From Tubiluchus corallicola (lineage: Eukaryota; Animalia; Priapulida): a DNA stretch of 64,000 nt. A program made the translations under genes and the position numbers. The stretch's first letter is position 1; every line of letters starts with the position of its first letter. This document shows, piece by piece, positions 30,201 through 42,400 of this stretch. Location of the stretch: NCBI GenBank assembly GCA_030141605.1, contig JAQGDQ010000289.1:186001-250000 (forward strand), read 5' to 3'. A model generated the notes under the pieces. The model ran no database searches. It was not told the origin of the DNA and saw nothing but the letters and a program-made list of their open reading frames with translations.

Positions 30201-33200
30201 AACTAGTCTAGCAATTGCCTGCTTATGTAATGTGAACATATATACATTAGAATATAAGCAATTAAAAATTATGAATAGCTGCCACTTTTACTCCCAAATA
30301 CGCAACAGTGATTTGGTTTCAAAATCTGGATGAGGGCAAAACCTAAACAACTAAATCATGTGTGCATGTTATTGTATGTTACAGCCAAATAAATAAGATA
30401 ATAAACATAAAAACCAGAATTGGTTAGTTCACAATGAGTAATTATGTAAGCCAATAACAGATGGCAAAAAATCTTTTTTACTGCACATTAAGTAAGGACG
30501 CACAAGAACATATTACCATTAACATTTAATACTGTCTATGTTTGTTTCTAAACATATATAAATTCATGTCAAACTAAGGCACATACACACTCAAATACAC
30601 ATACGCAGGTTGAGGTGATGGCAACTACAATATGCACAGTAAGTGCAGTAGATCTTGAAATGGAAGAATTCTTTTGCATGGTTAGTGCACACTAATCGTA
30701 AGGTATTTAACTATGGCACTTTCTCACATCTACCAACACAGGTCAACCCAACTGCATCTGTAACTGCTACTTACCTGAGATGCACATTTTACAGTTTAAA
30801 AAATGACAAACTGAATCAATTAAGTTCTACAGAATTTGCAGTGTTAAAATTCCTTTAAAAACTGTTAAAAAATAATTTGAAAAGTTGCAGCTATTTGACT
30901 ACCAAATGAGGACAAATATTTAAGAAAAACAAAACCTAGATTCAAGTGCACAAATAGCTTGTTTTAGCAAATGATTTACAGCAAATGAGGAAGAAAGTAT
31001 TTCGTGTGTGCTTTACAACAGCAAAATTTGCTATTATTAAACATGCTGGACACCAGCTGAACAAGCCCCTCCTGCAGAATTTAAGAAAAATGAAGAAAAT
31101 GTGCGATTGATGTGACACTAATATATAAATCATTTCATTTATTAAAGTTGTAATGGACCCCTTCAGGTAAAGGTTAACAGCAAAGTTATGAAGTGTCAAC
31201 TGGTCGATATACTCCAATGACTCGCACACTTGAATGCGAAAACTGCTCTAAGTGCCTGAGGTGCAAGCATCAATAAAACTCTCATAATAGCCAAGTGCAG
31301 TGTTTGTAGAACAAAAACACCATTGTAAATGCTAGGCAGTAATTTATAACTCTTTGGACAAAATCTGGATGAAAAACAAGTGCTTTAACGAGCCAAAGTC
31401 AACAAGAAAAATGCACATTCAAGCATATGCAAGGTGTTTAAATTTCTGATATTGTTAGCATTTTATCAAAATGATTCATTATAGTTACACAAGGTGGTAA
31501 TGAATAATTATTACATACATACATACATACATACATACACACATCAAACATAGCCAGGAATAAAATGCCAAGCCTAAAGACACAGACACAAAAATAACAT
31601 GTTAAGCAAGTAGGAAATGTGCCTGCAATGACAAACCAGTACAGGAAAAAATATCTTTCAAGTCACTAATGTAATTTGCTTTTATGACTATAACTACATA
31701 ACACATGGCACTGTAATTTATCCAGAAATATGAGTTTGATTCAGAGCTTCTAGATCATCGTTTATTAACTGTAAGAATATGTTCTTGTTTTACAGAATGA
31801 AAGCTCCATGAATGTCCAGCTTTGAGTAATAGCTCACAATCCAATTATATAATTTTGGCCCCAATGATTCAGACTTTTTTACAAATTTGCAAAAACTGGA
31901 CAATATTTGATTAGGATACCAGTATGTATTTCATTTTAAATATTGACAAATTTTCTAACATTTATGACATTAACTCAAGTTACAAGTTGTCTCAAACATA
32001 TTTTTATCTTTCCATAATCCATATAATTCATTAAAAATATTTTTATAGATTCTACTCTCTAAAAATTAAACATGAAACATCACAAGCTCAATTTTTTCTG
32101 TTTTGCTTTTGTGAAAATTTACTACCAAAGTTACAGAAGAAAGACGACACAAGTAATTTCTCCGATTATAAGTATCCCTCGCATTGGCATGTTGAATGTT
32201 GTGTCTAACTACACTGGGACATTGAAGAAATGAAAAACTCATCAATCATTCAGAATACAAGGTAACAACTTAGAAAACTTGTTCTATAATACTTTTTATG
32301 GAAGGAATGTCGCAGTTCAATAAATTTTGTTGGCCTGGAAAGTCTCAGTTGTAACTGTATAGCTGCCCATTCTAAAACTTGGTAGTAATTACCCAGCTTG
32401 CTGTACAACAATACTTATTTCAAGTCTACCTCAAGAAGGCAAGAAAAGAAATTTTTAGTCCATCATTTTCGTTGTTATTTCTTAGACCTAAAATAATTGC
32501 TTAGTTTCTACAGCCATTAGAAACAAAAAAGTCGATAGATAAGCTTTCAAAGTTTGAGGATTTGTTTCCCCGCTGTTACCTTTACTGCACGGATACAGTT
32601 TGTGGTATTCTTTTGGACATTTGTAAATTTTATTTTGTTAACATACTATGTATAACTGTGCTTGTACTGTTTACTATTTGCCAAATAAACAATGAAATGA
32701 AGCGAGCAGTTTTTTTTCAGTTTTTCTATGAACATTACACATGCTATACTACGTATGTTTTCTTGTGTAGTAAATAGCACTGCTAGTAATTTAACAGATC
32801 ATTACATACAGGAATGTCTGCTCCCTTGCTATTGAAGTGACAACAACACTAATCATATTTTTGAGAATAAAAAATGGCCATTGTACACTTGTATAAGCTT
32901 AAGATTGAAAATATGAAATAGTGTTACTTGGATTCAATTAACTTGACTTTTAGGTCTAAGCACTATGCAGCATATTGAATTATTACAAAATACACTTACA
33001 GTCATGAAATACAGAACTAGTTGAATAAGCAGAGTCATTAACCAAACTCTCCATGGAATGCACACCACGTTCATTGCTTGGATTTGGAAAGCCAGGCACC
33101 ATACAGGCATATATCAAATCCAATTCATTACTTGCATTCCCGCCTAGAATCTGATACCAGATTAGGAACAATCGAATAGCTTCTTTTCTTAGCTGAAACA

Positions 33201-35986
33201 ATTCAAAAAGATAAGCAATTCTGCCAACAGTTAAAGGAATCAATTAGAATGTTGACTTTAGTGAAATTTTATTAGAGTAAAGAAGCTAAAAATAGATTTT
33301 ATTGAAACATTACTCAATAATAATTACTATCCAATGTTACAAACTTACAAATATAATCATTTTACAAATAATTGTCAGTTAGTTTCGACAGTTCAGTGCC
33401 AAAGTGAGATGGATCTAAAACAGCTGCCAAGAATGCATGTTTAAAGCACTGTGAATTGGAATCCTACATAGTTGCCTAAACTCGTTTAAATGACATTGAA
33501 AACTGGAAAACAGAGACAGACCTTTAAAGTGTTCTCTGGATGCAGCAGCTTCTTCGTCAGCCTGCCTATATTAAGTAAAAACAAAAGTACAAAATGTGCA
33601 TTGCCTGATATATATGTAAAAAGGACTTAGTTATACTTACTAACATAAAAATTATTTTTGTTCATAGAATTTTTTTCCAGCACAAATACAAACTCCATAC
33701 ATTGTGTATACATTATGAATTTGAAAACTACGGTTATCAAAACTCAGAAATCAACAGTGCAAAAATTCTAATACATAAGCGAATTAATTAATTACTAATT
33801 ATACTCTGCGTACTCTGAGACAGACTCTGTTCAATAAGAAATCATTCATATAAAAAATTACTAAAACTTAAAGTGCAGGCTGATAACTTTGTTTTTGAAG
33901 TCAAGTTAAACAGCACAGCCAATTATATATATTTCATAAAATTAAAATGATTCAAAACTAATGTGTATGATTTTTTTTTAATCTTAACATTATGGATCAT
34001 CCAGTTAGTACTTACCTATGCTGTGAAATTGCCATTGTTTGTGAATAAGTTCTGGCAGGAACAAAAGAATTTTCTGAAAACAAAAAAATACATACATTAT
34101 ACAACTGCACATGCCTAGCATTTACTAACAAGTTAGGAATGATGCATTACTTTAGACAAGCGGCTCAAATAAAACAAAGCAGCTAATATTACACAATACT
34201 TATTAGGCAGTTTCAGGACAAAGTGATGAACCAACATTTTATACTTATTAGGCAGTTTTACGGATTAGAAATATGCTTTACTGCATGCTAAAAATTTCTG
34301 AACACTTTGTTTAATTGTTTTTGCCTTGTGGATTGGATATGGCCCAGTGCTGCAATAACACATAAATTTATTATATTATTATTATTATTAAAATAGGATC
34401 TCACTTTAGACATTAGTTTTCCTAATGAGAACTTATTGATAATAAGGCCAACTTTTAGTCTTTCCTGATCAAAGAGGCCTCAACTTGCAAACACAGATTA
34501 CAAAAAAAAATTTTATTTTAATTATATTACATAGTTTTACAATAAATCATAACTGCTTCCACTTACAATAAAATTATGACATGCTGCATGCTCACCTCAA
34601 AAATAAGTAAAACAACCTCAAGTTCTTCGCGGTGTGTCTTATGTGCTAAAATCAGAAAAACAAATTATCCAGACATTTATCAAACAAGTTTGTCTTTGCT
34701 AGTGTATAAGTGGGCCTACTTTAGCAAATATTGGCAGTTTACAAATTATGACCCTATTAACAAAGTTATTAGATCTCCTTGATGGATGCAGTGCTTAGCA
34801 CCTAAAGAGGGCGTTTTAGCTAGTGCAAGAGTTAAAATTTTAAAAACTAACCAAGCAGTCCCCGAAGTCTATACTTGAGAGTACTTAACCAAATTTCTAC
34901 CCCCAAAACCAAGTGGTACTGTCATGAGATTTTTAAAGTTATCTAAGCAATCGTGATCAGGATTGTAAAAATCAAATACTGATACGCCAAATTTTACCTC
35001 TTTGCCGCAGATTTGCTTCTACTTGAATGAAGACATCGTAAAACACAAAAAAAATGTAATGATGGTATTGCTCAAAGAATGCCTTAACTTCATTAACTTC
35101 GAGGAAATCTGTTAAATAAGACAACAGAACCAGTCAAGAGAGCAGCACAATCTATGAAAACACACTGACTTGAAAAAATCTTATATAAATGTTATTGTAT
35201 TGGTAAATTACATACCATTTTCTTATGTAACTACATACTTATTTTCTGCATACAACAACTAATCATGAATAAAAAATTACAAGGTTCATATATCACTTTA
35301 TTACATTTGATTTCCAATGAGCATTACATACATTACGTTTAAAAATAACAAGGAGAATACTGATAGCTGATACAAACGATTTATTACTTAATGTACAGGC
35401 AATTGCATGAACATTAAACGTAGAATATATTTATTGGAAATAGATTATAATCAGTTGGAAAAATAATCTCATCTGGAGCATTTGTAACACACACTTCACT
35501 AAAGAGAAGTATAAATTAATTTATACTGCCAATAAGGTTAATAATATGTTTTTCTAATGAGTTAGTGATGTACACTAGGATGATGAGCCAATGACGTTTT
35601 ACCAGCTGGCAACTTGGCACAAACATTTTAAATTACTAAGAATTTTCTTTTCTAGTTCCACAAGTCTTCCACGCAGGTAAGTGTAATGCAAAGTAATGGA
35701 ACTTTGCATGGAACGTGTTGGGACATATTTCAAAATTGCTTTTTTCTCTTTAATTTACGGTTTATCTTATTAAGCCATTATTTGCTGTCCAAACTTCAAA
35801 CACATCTAAATTAGATTACCCTAATTCAATACGGTGTAAAATGTTCCTACAATAACAGTTATGAAGACATTTACCAAGAATTATTCGCAAATGCTTCAAC
35901 CGAGTCCACGTATCCTTTTTAGGGTCGATCAACTTTTGGGTGGACTTTTTCACGATATTAGCTGCATGCGGTTTCTTTGCAAACAT
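2382..35986 (-). CDS. RALGAPA1: Ral GTPase-activating protein subunit alpha (RalGAP-alpha), multi-exon, 3'-incomplete in this window
   Basis: N-terminus [37 protein letters not shown] resembles vertebrate RALGAPA (MFSKKPHGDVKKSTQK...). C-terminal RapGAP domain with [17 protein letters not shown] and the Asn-thumb [18 protein letters not shown] exons with consistent phases: 35875-35986, 34998-35108, 34596-34645, 34016-34073, 33522-33565, 33000-33192, 29607-29722, 28422-28560, 27997-28141, 27483-27598, 27072-27205, 24358-24510, 23824-23946, 23259-23407, 22960-23068, 22298-22420, 20672-20780, 20395-20556, 19727-19879, 19245-19334, 16766-16942, 16338-16520, 15769-15953, 15512-15610, 14122-14280, 13847-13978, 12970-13154, 12059-12167, 11501-11677, 10451-10564, 9578-9802, 9285-9381, 8710-8816, 7658-7805, 7340-7494, 6857-7038, 6004-6183, 5223-5346, 4294-4449, 2790-2948, 2382-2509. 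Probably co-orthologous to RALGAPA1 and RALGAPA2. Confidence 0.96.
7900..8690. mobile_element. Putative degenerate non-autonomous DNA element (MITE-like)
   Basis: Imperfect inverted ends (tcacatagtggcagttacaaat near 7905; atttgtaactttattatatga near 8665) around a non-coding, internally repetitive core. Confidence 0.3.
10860..11390. repeat. Interspersed repeat, related in inverted orientation to 25830-26470
   Basis: tgacttttgacccagaggtcacc and tttaacacttctgccctagtgacgtgtcctggccatgcccattttttgaaaaatacttaatgca correspond to reverse-complement segments at about 26100-26285. Confidence 0.6.
12490..12922. mobile_element. Tigger/pogo-type MITE
   Basis: Right end reads CAGTAGTACCTCTCTTTTCGACCATAATTC on the minus strand; left end has ctccgctctcgaccagaattt; the subterminal motif ttcggtactcgacc occurs twice. 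Confidence 0.55.
15212..15254. repeat. (TA)n microsatellite
   Basis: Perfect dinucleotide run. Confidence 0.95.
17820..18005 (-). CDS. Candidate alternative (first or cassette) exon of RALGAPA
   Basis: Open frame [61 protein letters not shown] ends at a T|GTATGT donor in phase 1, matching the phase-1 acceptor of exon 16766-16942. A weak AAG acceptor lies 2 nt before the ATG and is also in frame. Confidence 0.6.
21264..21917. mobile_element. Tigger/pogo-family MITE with TA target-site duplication
   Basis: TA-caataggcttcgctgaataaactcacagttaatagactcaatcgcttaattgac ... gtctattaagcagcgcctactg-TA. Same TIR family as the transposase remnant ending at 48862. Confidence 0.75.
25263..25692 (+). mobile_element. 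CR1-group LINE reverse transcriptase fragment
   Basis: ORF 25291-25659 contains INQLVSI...[26 protein letters not shown]...LSGRNQKV...FLVYINDM, i.e. degenerate RT motifs. Confidence 0.88.
25830..26470. repeat. Interspersed repeat with an internal ~300-bp diverged tandem duplication
   Basis: aaatgtgaaaattagggcaaa...gtgttaaaat (about 26000-26168) recurs as aaatgtgaaaattatggcaaa...gcgttaaaat (about 26302-26470). Related to 10860-11390. Confidence 0.6.
30019..30193. repeat. Tandem duplication with an ~88-bp unit
   Basis: Two diverged copies of tattgctg..tagcaataaatttaaa..gtagaaaacgtgtc.ttcacaacacttt.atc.aatcaaa. Confidence 0.8.
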
Positions 35987-36781
35987 GGCATTTACAAAGT
36001 GTCAAGTTATCAAGAGGTCGAAACTTTGGTGTCCGGTGAGAGAGCACACAACTGCCGACATAACAACGGCGAAACTAATAAACGTTTCGAAAAGACAAGA
36101 TTATTACAAGTCTTCAACTTTATTTTGATACTGCATTATTAAATGTAGTTACAGAAATATGGCAAATGAATACGAGTTCTTCTTCTTCTTTTGTACGTTT
36201 CACTACTTATTGGATGTTGATAACTTACACCGACAACACGCATCCCTTTTGTAACTCAGCCGTACATGTGAAATTCCAGTCTTTAATAAAAACTGTATTG
36301 TATTATATATATTATATTCTGTACGTGGTTTGGGATTCGTATTCCTGTAATTATATTGTAACAAATACATAAGTAGCATTTAACAATTGCTACTGCTTCC
36401 AAATTTGACTTCCTTTGGCACACAGCATTTCTACATATCCAACACAAATAGTGTACTGCTACTATTCTGTCATAGTAGCACTTGAAAAATAATCATAATT
36501 TATCTAATTATTGACTTAGCAGTTATCAGTGCTAATTAAAACTTGCAAATATAATTATCGTTGATAACACGCCTTGTTCTTACTTAAGTTTAGCTTACTG
36601 GTGCTTGTACTAATTAATACAATGCAATTAATTAATGCAATACTAATTAACATAAAGTTTTGCAAACTATTGTAATTAATTATAGTACCTATTACTGCTA
36701 GCAGGTATCATTGGGCAGCCAAAATCTCAATCACTTTGATTAATAATGTAATTGTGATAGTCGATCTGTATCTCATAATAG

Positions 36782-36782
<1 letters not shown>

Positions 36783-36838
<56 letters not shown>
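36783..36838. repeat. (TA)n microsatellite
   Basis: Perfect dinucleotide run. Confidence 0.95.
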
Positions 36839-36841
<3 letters not shown>

Positions 36842-37182
36842 GAAATAAATAAATATTATTGTATATTTATAAATAAATATATAAATATACATAAACAGAA
36901 ATCGCATAATTAAAGCTTTACACGTAGTTGCATATACTGACTTTGTCTTGTCATAAAAACGTTCTTGTTCTTATGCCTGTAGAGCAAAGGATAAGGCAGT
37001 GAGAGAACCATTTCACTTTCGAGATTGCGAACTTGCAGGTTAGATGCTGTGGATAAAACGCATTCATTAAGGTCAGATTACGAGGGAACGACATTTAGAA
37101 ATTCAGGTAAGAAGACATTCACAATCAGGATAAGATTATTTGGGAGTGAAATACAGAAAATGTATTAAAGTAACGCCATTAA

Positions 37183-37187
37183 ATATA

Positions 37188-37230
<43 letters not shown>

Positions 37231-37256
37231 GAAAAAAATATATATATATATATATA

Positions 37257-37332
<76 letters not shown>

Positions 37333-37355
37333 GTGTGTGTGTGTGTGTGTGTGTG
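37183..37355. repeat. Compound microsatellite (AT)n / poly-A / (AT)n / (GT)n
   Basis: Read directly; includes an A run of about 40 nt. Confidence 0.95.
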
Positions 37356-37869
37356 TTATAGCAATCTGTAATTCTTTTTGTACTTGCCAATGTATAAGAA
37401 TAATGGACTATGTCGTGATTAAAATGTTTGCACAATTTTACTTTGAATTAATCTTCTTCATGCAAATATTGATTAGAATTTATAAGCACAATTGTATAAT
37501 AATAGTTAACAATAAAGCATCAAAACTCGCTAACTTAACCTGCCACAGTGTAATACTCGTTAAAGTGAATTAAGGCAACCTATGTAGAAGCCTAGAAGAT
37601 GGAATTAATTTTCTCGGTAGGGTAGTTGGTGTATTATAAGTTTTTTGCGTGCTTATTAAACCATTGTAATGATTTGTGCAATGTTTAAGGCTCGTGATGT
37701 CGGATGTATAGGAAAGAGACTAAAGTTATGTAGATCAAATAGCTGGAGGTAAATATGAAGGAAGTTTATTAAAGAAGAAGATGCCACATACAAATACATA
37801 AAGAGAATACCATTACATAAAGTACAAGATTGTTAACATCAATTCATTAAATAAATCATCATCTTGTGT

Positions 37870-38170
37870 TCTAACATCATGATCTCATCTTTGTGTTCTG
37901 CATACGAGATCTAGTTATTGCCTTTGCAATAAATCTGCATACAAGTAAATCATCTTTAGTTGGTTTTGAAATCTCTAGGGTTTAACTATTTAAACACCCT
38001 GCCTTCAGTTCATCCCAATTGTTAAGGATTCTTGACTAGATTCTTGACTAGCCACGTCTTCACAACTTACTGCCCAGGTTCTAACTCCCCTCGTTCTCGT
38101 TCTAAGATTTTACGACCACTTTCACAGCTAATTAAGAAGTGGCCTGACTAGCGACGTGACCTTCACATAG
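37870..38170 (-). mobile_element. Degenerate CR1-like LINE 3' fragment
   Basis: Minus strand reads RILNNWDELKAGCLNS..., resembling the R-x2-N-x-WN-x-L motif at the CR1 ORF2 C-terminus. Confidence 0.4.
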
Positions 38171-38299
38171 CCATTTCATTCTCAATGTTGTGAATAAGCA
38201 ATAATCTAGAACAATAAACTTTACATTTCTCCTTTAAATCTTATACAACAATTTCCCAATAATAACTCTACAATATAGCCTAGAGCTGTAAAAGAAAAG

Positions 38300-39195
38300 T
38301 TTTTTTGCACACAGTGAAATTATTCTAATATCAACGATGTTTGATGAAGAAGGTCAAATACAGCAATTAACAATTAGCAAATCGACGTATTGTGAAAGCG
38401 CAGTCTTACATACACCAGAGCAGCACTTGCCAATTTGAATGTCCTTTGATTAACTTCGAGGCTGAAAAATATTATGATCTGATAGACTGACCTGGAATGA
38501 CAGATTATGCACCGCCAATACTGCAACAATTGAGCCATGAAGTCCTAAAGTCTTTTTGATTTGATGAGTTAGCAAGTTTAGAGGTTTACAACATTCTGGA
38601 GCAGATTAAGAAGATACCTATCCATACTCAGGCTGTCGCGCATTGTGTAAAACTGGTGATAGAGTTTTCACAACTGTGGAGATGGCTGGATTAGAATGCA
38701 GCTGCAGGGAAAAAAGACCATGCAGTTTTTGAAACAAAAGCAGACTTTCAAAGTAACAATTCAATGTGACATTAAAAATTTAATATGCAATTCGTGTCAT
38801 TTGAAACACATTGTTTGCATTTTCTTGCATATGTGTACATATATTTGACTTTCATTATTCGTAATTTTGTCTTATATGCTATGTTTTTGAAAACACATAA
38901 CGTTTAAGTAGAACATGAAAACCAATTTATTCTATGTTTTCTTTTCAGATGTGGGGTTTAAACTTGTAAAATAATTTTTATCATGATTATAAAACATTGA
39001 GGGATTAATAGTAAATAACTGAAAATGAAAAAATGTGATTTTAACGTTATTTCCAGAAGATATACATCAAGAGTACAACGTGTTCCAGTATAAGACCAAA
39101 AAAGTTGGTTATTGTCTAAGTTTTATCATGTGTCACAAATACTAATATGATTCCCAATGATTTGGAAAAAAGTTTTTTTTTTCATTCCGCCCTAA
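38300..39195 (+). mobile_element. Decayed hAT-superfamily (hATm-like) transposase C-terminus and right end
   Basis: Stop-interrupted INFEAEKYYDLID*...PPIL...KIPIHTQAVAHCVKLVIEFS...FETKADF resembles the HTQAVERCVKLVTEAS motif. Terminal ccgcccta (TAGGGCGG on the minus strand) near 39190. Confidence 0.65.
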
Positions 39196-39343
39196 TAAGG
39201 TGTCATGTTTTTGAGGAAAACCCAAAAAATAATGTTATGGTACGAAAAATAAATTATTAATGTTTTCGTGCAAGATGGCCAAAATCAAAACACACCAAAT
39301 GGCCAGACCGTATTCGCCGCGTGAGGGATCTCGCTTTTGCAAC

Positions 39344-39349
39344 CACGTG
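39344..39349. promoter_or_regulatory. CACGTG E-box about 120 bp upstream of the NPC2 start codon (possible MiT/TFE or USF site)
   Basis: aacCACGTGc. Lysosomal genes are typical TFEB/CLEAR targets, but only the 6-bp core is present. Confidence 0.3.
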
Positions 39350-39466
39350 CTAAACGATTAAACATATTTTTTACATCTTGTTATTGAAGCATAGCCGGTA
39401 TTACATTCTCAAGTACTATTAAACTGGAGGTGTTTCTTAATTGCGGAACACGTCTTTTCTTAAATA

Positions 39467-42400
39467 ATGGGTTACCACTTGTTGGTCTTAACTGCATTGT
39501 TTTGTGTGATTTCCGGCAGCCCAGCTCAATACAAAGATTGTGGTAAGCAGAGTTAGTCAATTTATTTAATCATCAAATTAACGACGAGTCTACCTCGTGA
39601 TGTTTTGTCTTTGATAGACTTTATTATTACCAGCGCGTTAACATTGTGACTATGTGCGGTTGCGGATAAACAAGAAAGTGATAACCACCAATGTCTGCTG
39701 GGCTTGGCAACAGAAAAAACCTGAAGCGAAATGACTGCTTCCACGAGTTTTTTTACAATTGCTTTACTAGTTTCTAGCCAGAAAAGTGGGTAGGGTTTGC
39801 AAAATTAAATTTTTAGTATTTCTTTTAACAGTTTCTTGATAATTTGATGCTAGAATATAAATCTCCAATATATTTAGCATTTGATATTTGTTTTTATAAA
39901 AAAAACAAAAAATGACATTCGACCAAATTTTTGCATTCTACTTTGAAACCTCATAACGTAGTTTTAACTATGCCGACTTATGGATGGTTTTGGTTAAAAA
40001 GCATTCTTTCAGGCCCCATTAATTTGGTACTGGTACAAATATCCACTGGTACAAATATTTTATTTGTCCAAAATTTCATTGTGTACACTTCAACTATGGT
40101 TACTGCTATTCTAATGTGTTCTAGCATATGTGCCAACATTGCTAGCAGGCCTTCATTTTATATAGCATTGTATCATTTCAGTAAACTATGAAAAAATACT
40201 CTTTGTTTCAGTATAATAATTTCAAAAGTCAAAATATGTTATCTTGAATCTGGCTAAATGAAGCATCACTCTGTGTATTTATATTTGAAAATGGTTATCA
40301 GTAATCAATAAGTGGTAATCTGACAGAGTTAGTGTCTAACAGTAGTGTATTCAGTGTCCTGGGTAACTCTGGAATTAAATACTGATAACTTATTATTAAA
40401 CTTTGCTTGCTAATCTTTCATTACTTGGTAAAAGACGCTTCCTGTAAAACTTGAGTTTTCTGTAATTAATGCAATCGCTAATAGGCTACGCACCCAATTT
40501 AAACGAAATCTCCCAGTGACCAGTACTTATTGGCAGTTTCATCAGGCTTGTCAGTGATCTACCTTGAACTTTTTCTAACTCTTCTTATTCATTCTTTTGA
40601 ATGTTAGACCTGTTTCTGAATTATATACTAGAGACGATATTGCCAAAAACTCATAAAATTTTAGCTTATGAGACATTCTTCCAACATTATTAGCCCTGGC
40701 TAATGTAATTGTATTGATGTAACTTATTTTAAATTTGTTATTCTCTTTCCTCTTTTCAATTACCAGCTTATAAGTATTTTGTGTATCTAGTCAGTCACCC
40801 AGATATCTGTAAATTTGAGCATCACTAATATCACCTTTACTAATTCTTTCATTTATTGCGGGAATTCTCTTTTTCTTTGTCATCCTAGTATGCACTGAAT
40901 CTTTTTGACACTAAACTTTAATTGTTTCAATTCTTCAACTTCCCTACAATTTTTTATCATTTTTTGATGTTATTTTTATTTCTTATTCCCACAATGTCAT
41001 CTATGTACCTCATCATTTCAGTTTCAAGTTCTGGGGCTATTACTGTTTGGACTTTTTTAATTTAGTTAATTCTGTTAACTGTGGCACAACACAACAACCT
41101 AAAACCGTTCTCTGTCTTACAGATTCAGTAATTTCAATTTCTTTAGAGTCACCAACAGGCGTATCAATTATTGCAAATGCAGTTTCTTTCATTTTGAAGA
41201 TTAAATTGCAGATGTGGGCTGAAATACCGAATCGCTACATCTCTACTATCGCATCTTTCAGCCATATAATTTGTCAAAACACTTTTCAATATCAAAAAAT
41301 GCTATATATAAATCATTATTTAAGTACTTGTTGTAATTTAATGTTGCTCTTATTGTGAACAGATGATCGGCTGTACTTAGATCACTAATCCCCCCACATT
41401 GATATTTTTCTAAGGCTATTTCAAAATTCTTGATAATTTTGTTTTTTAAATCCTCTCAAATAGTTACTCATTATATTTGTAATAAAAATTCACCTTTTAT
41501 TTTCCGTTAGCTTTTTATCTCCTTTACCTTTATAGTAGGATTTAATTTTCATGATTTTCCATGCTTCTGGAATTTCCTTGCTTGAATGTGTTTTGTTGAA
41601 CAATAGACCTATACTTTGTATAAAATCATCTCCTCGTGCCTTAACTATTTCATTTTTCCATTCATATCTGTCAGCAGACTTTCTGGTCCAACATCTTCAG
41701 TGCTTGAAATAATTTCTGTTTTTTCATATAAGTCATCCACCTCATTTTTAATCATTTGTTCTCTTTGTTTGCTAGGTTCATTTTGATTTAATAGGTTAAA
41801 GTAATATTGTTCAAAATTATCTAGAATTGCTTTTTCTTCAAGTATTACACTATCTTTATCCTTCATGGCAATAACAAGTTTTTCCTCAGTTTTATCAATT
41901 TGATTCTTGAATTTCCAGAGTGCCAGAGAATCCAATTTACCCTTACATGTAATTCTTTTCAGAGTGTTTTTTAGGAAACCGTACTATACTAGTAGCAGTA
42001 ATCATTTCATAAATTAGGTTTATTAGCAATTTGTGTAGTCTAACCGCTTCATCATTAGTTAGTTTTTGCATTTTTATGATGATATCTCTTTTTTCTTTGT
42101 TAAGCTTTCGCTCAAATTTTCTGGATTTCAGCACTTTTTTCTTTTTAACTTCAAAACATTTATTTGCAATATCTAGGACTTTAGTTTGCCATTCTTCATA
42201 TTATGCATTAAGTGGTTTTTCGTTCTACCAAACTACAGCAAGGTCAGATTTGTGAGTTTTAACTTTGAACTGCAACATCCGCTGTTCGTTAAAAATCTTA
42301 ACATATTCAATATCAATATATTTATTAGTTGCTTTGTATATTTCTACCCAGTTAACTTCTGAGACTATTGAGTTATGGTCAGTGTAAACTAGTTTCTTGT

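Noticed and set aside
31053-31100. Strong minus-strand polypyrimidine acceptor in RALGAPA intron 6, suggesting an 18-nt microexon
   Set aside because: Joining to the upstream exon creates TGA immediately and the donor (gtgtcc) is poor; the flanking exons join in frame without it.
36131-36270. Possible RALGAPA 5'-UTR intron, and a signal-peptide-like frame on the plus strand
   Set aside because: The splice signals are plausible but untestable here; the hydrophobic frame is bounded by stops and comes from a (TTC)n repeat.
37136-37573. ORFs with YI, F and CV repeats
   Set aside because: Translations of microsatellites.
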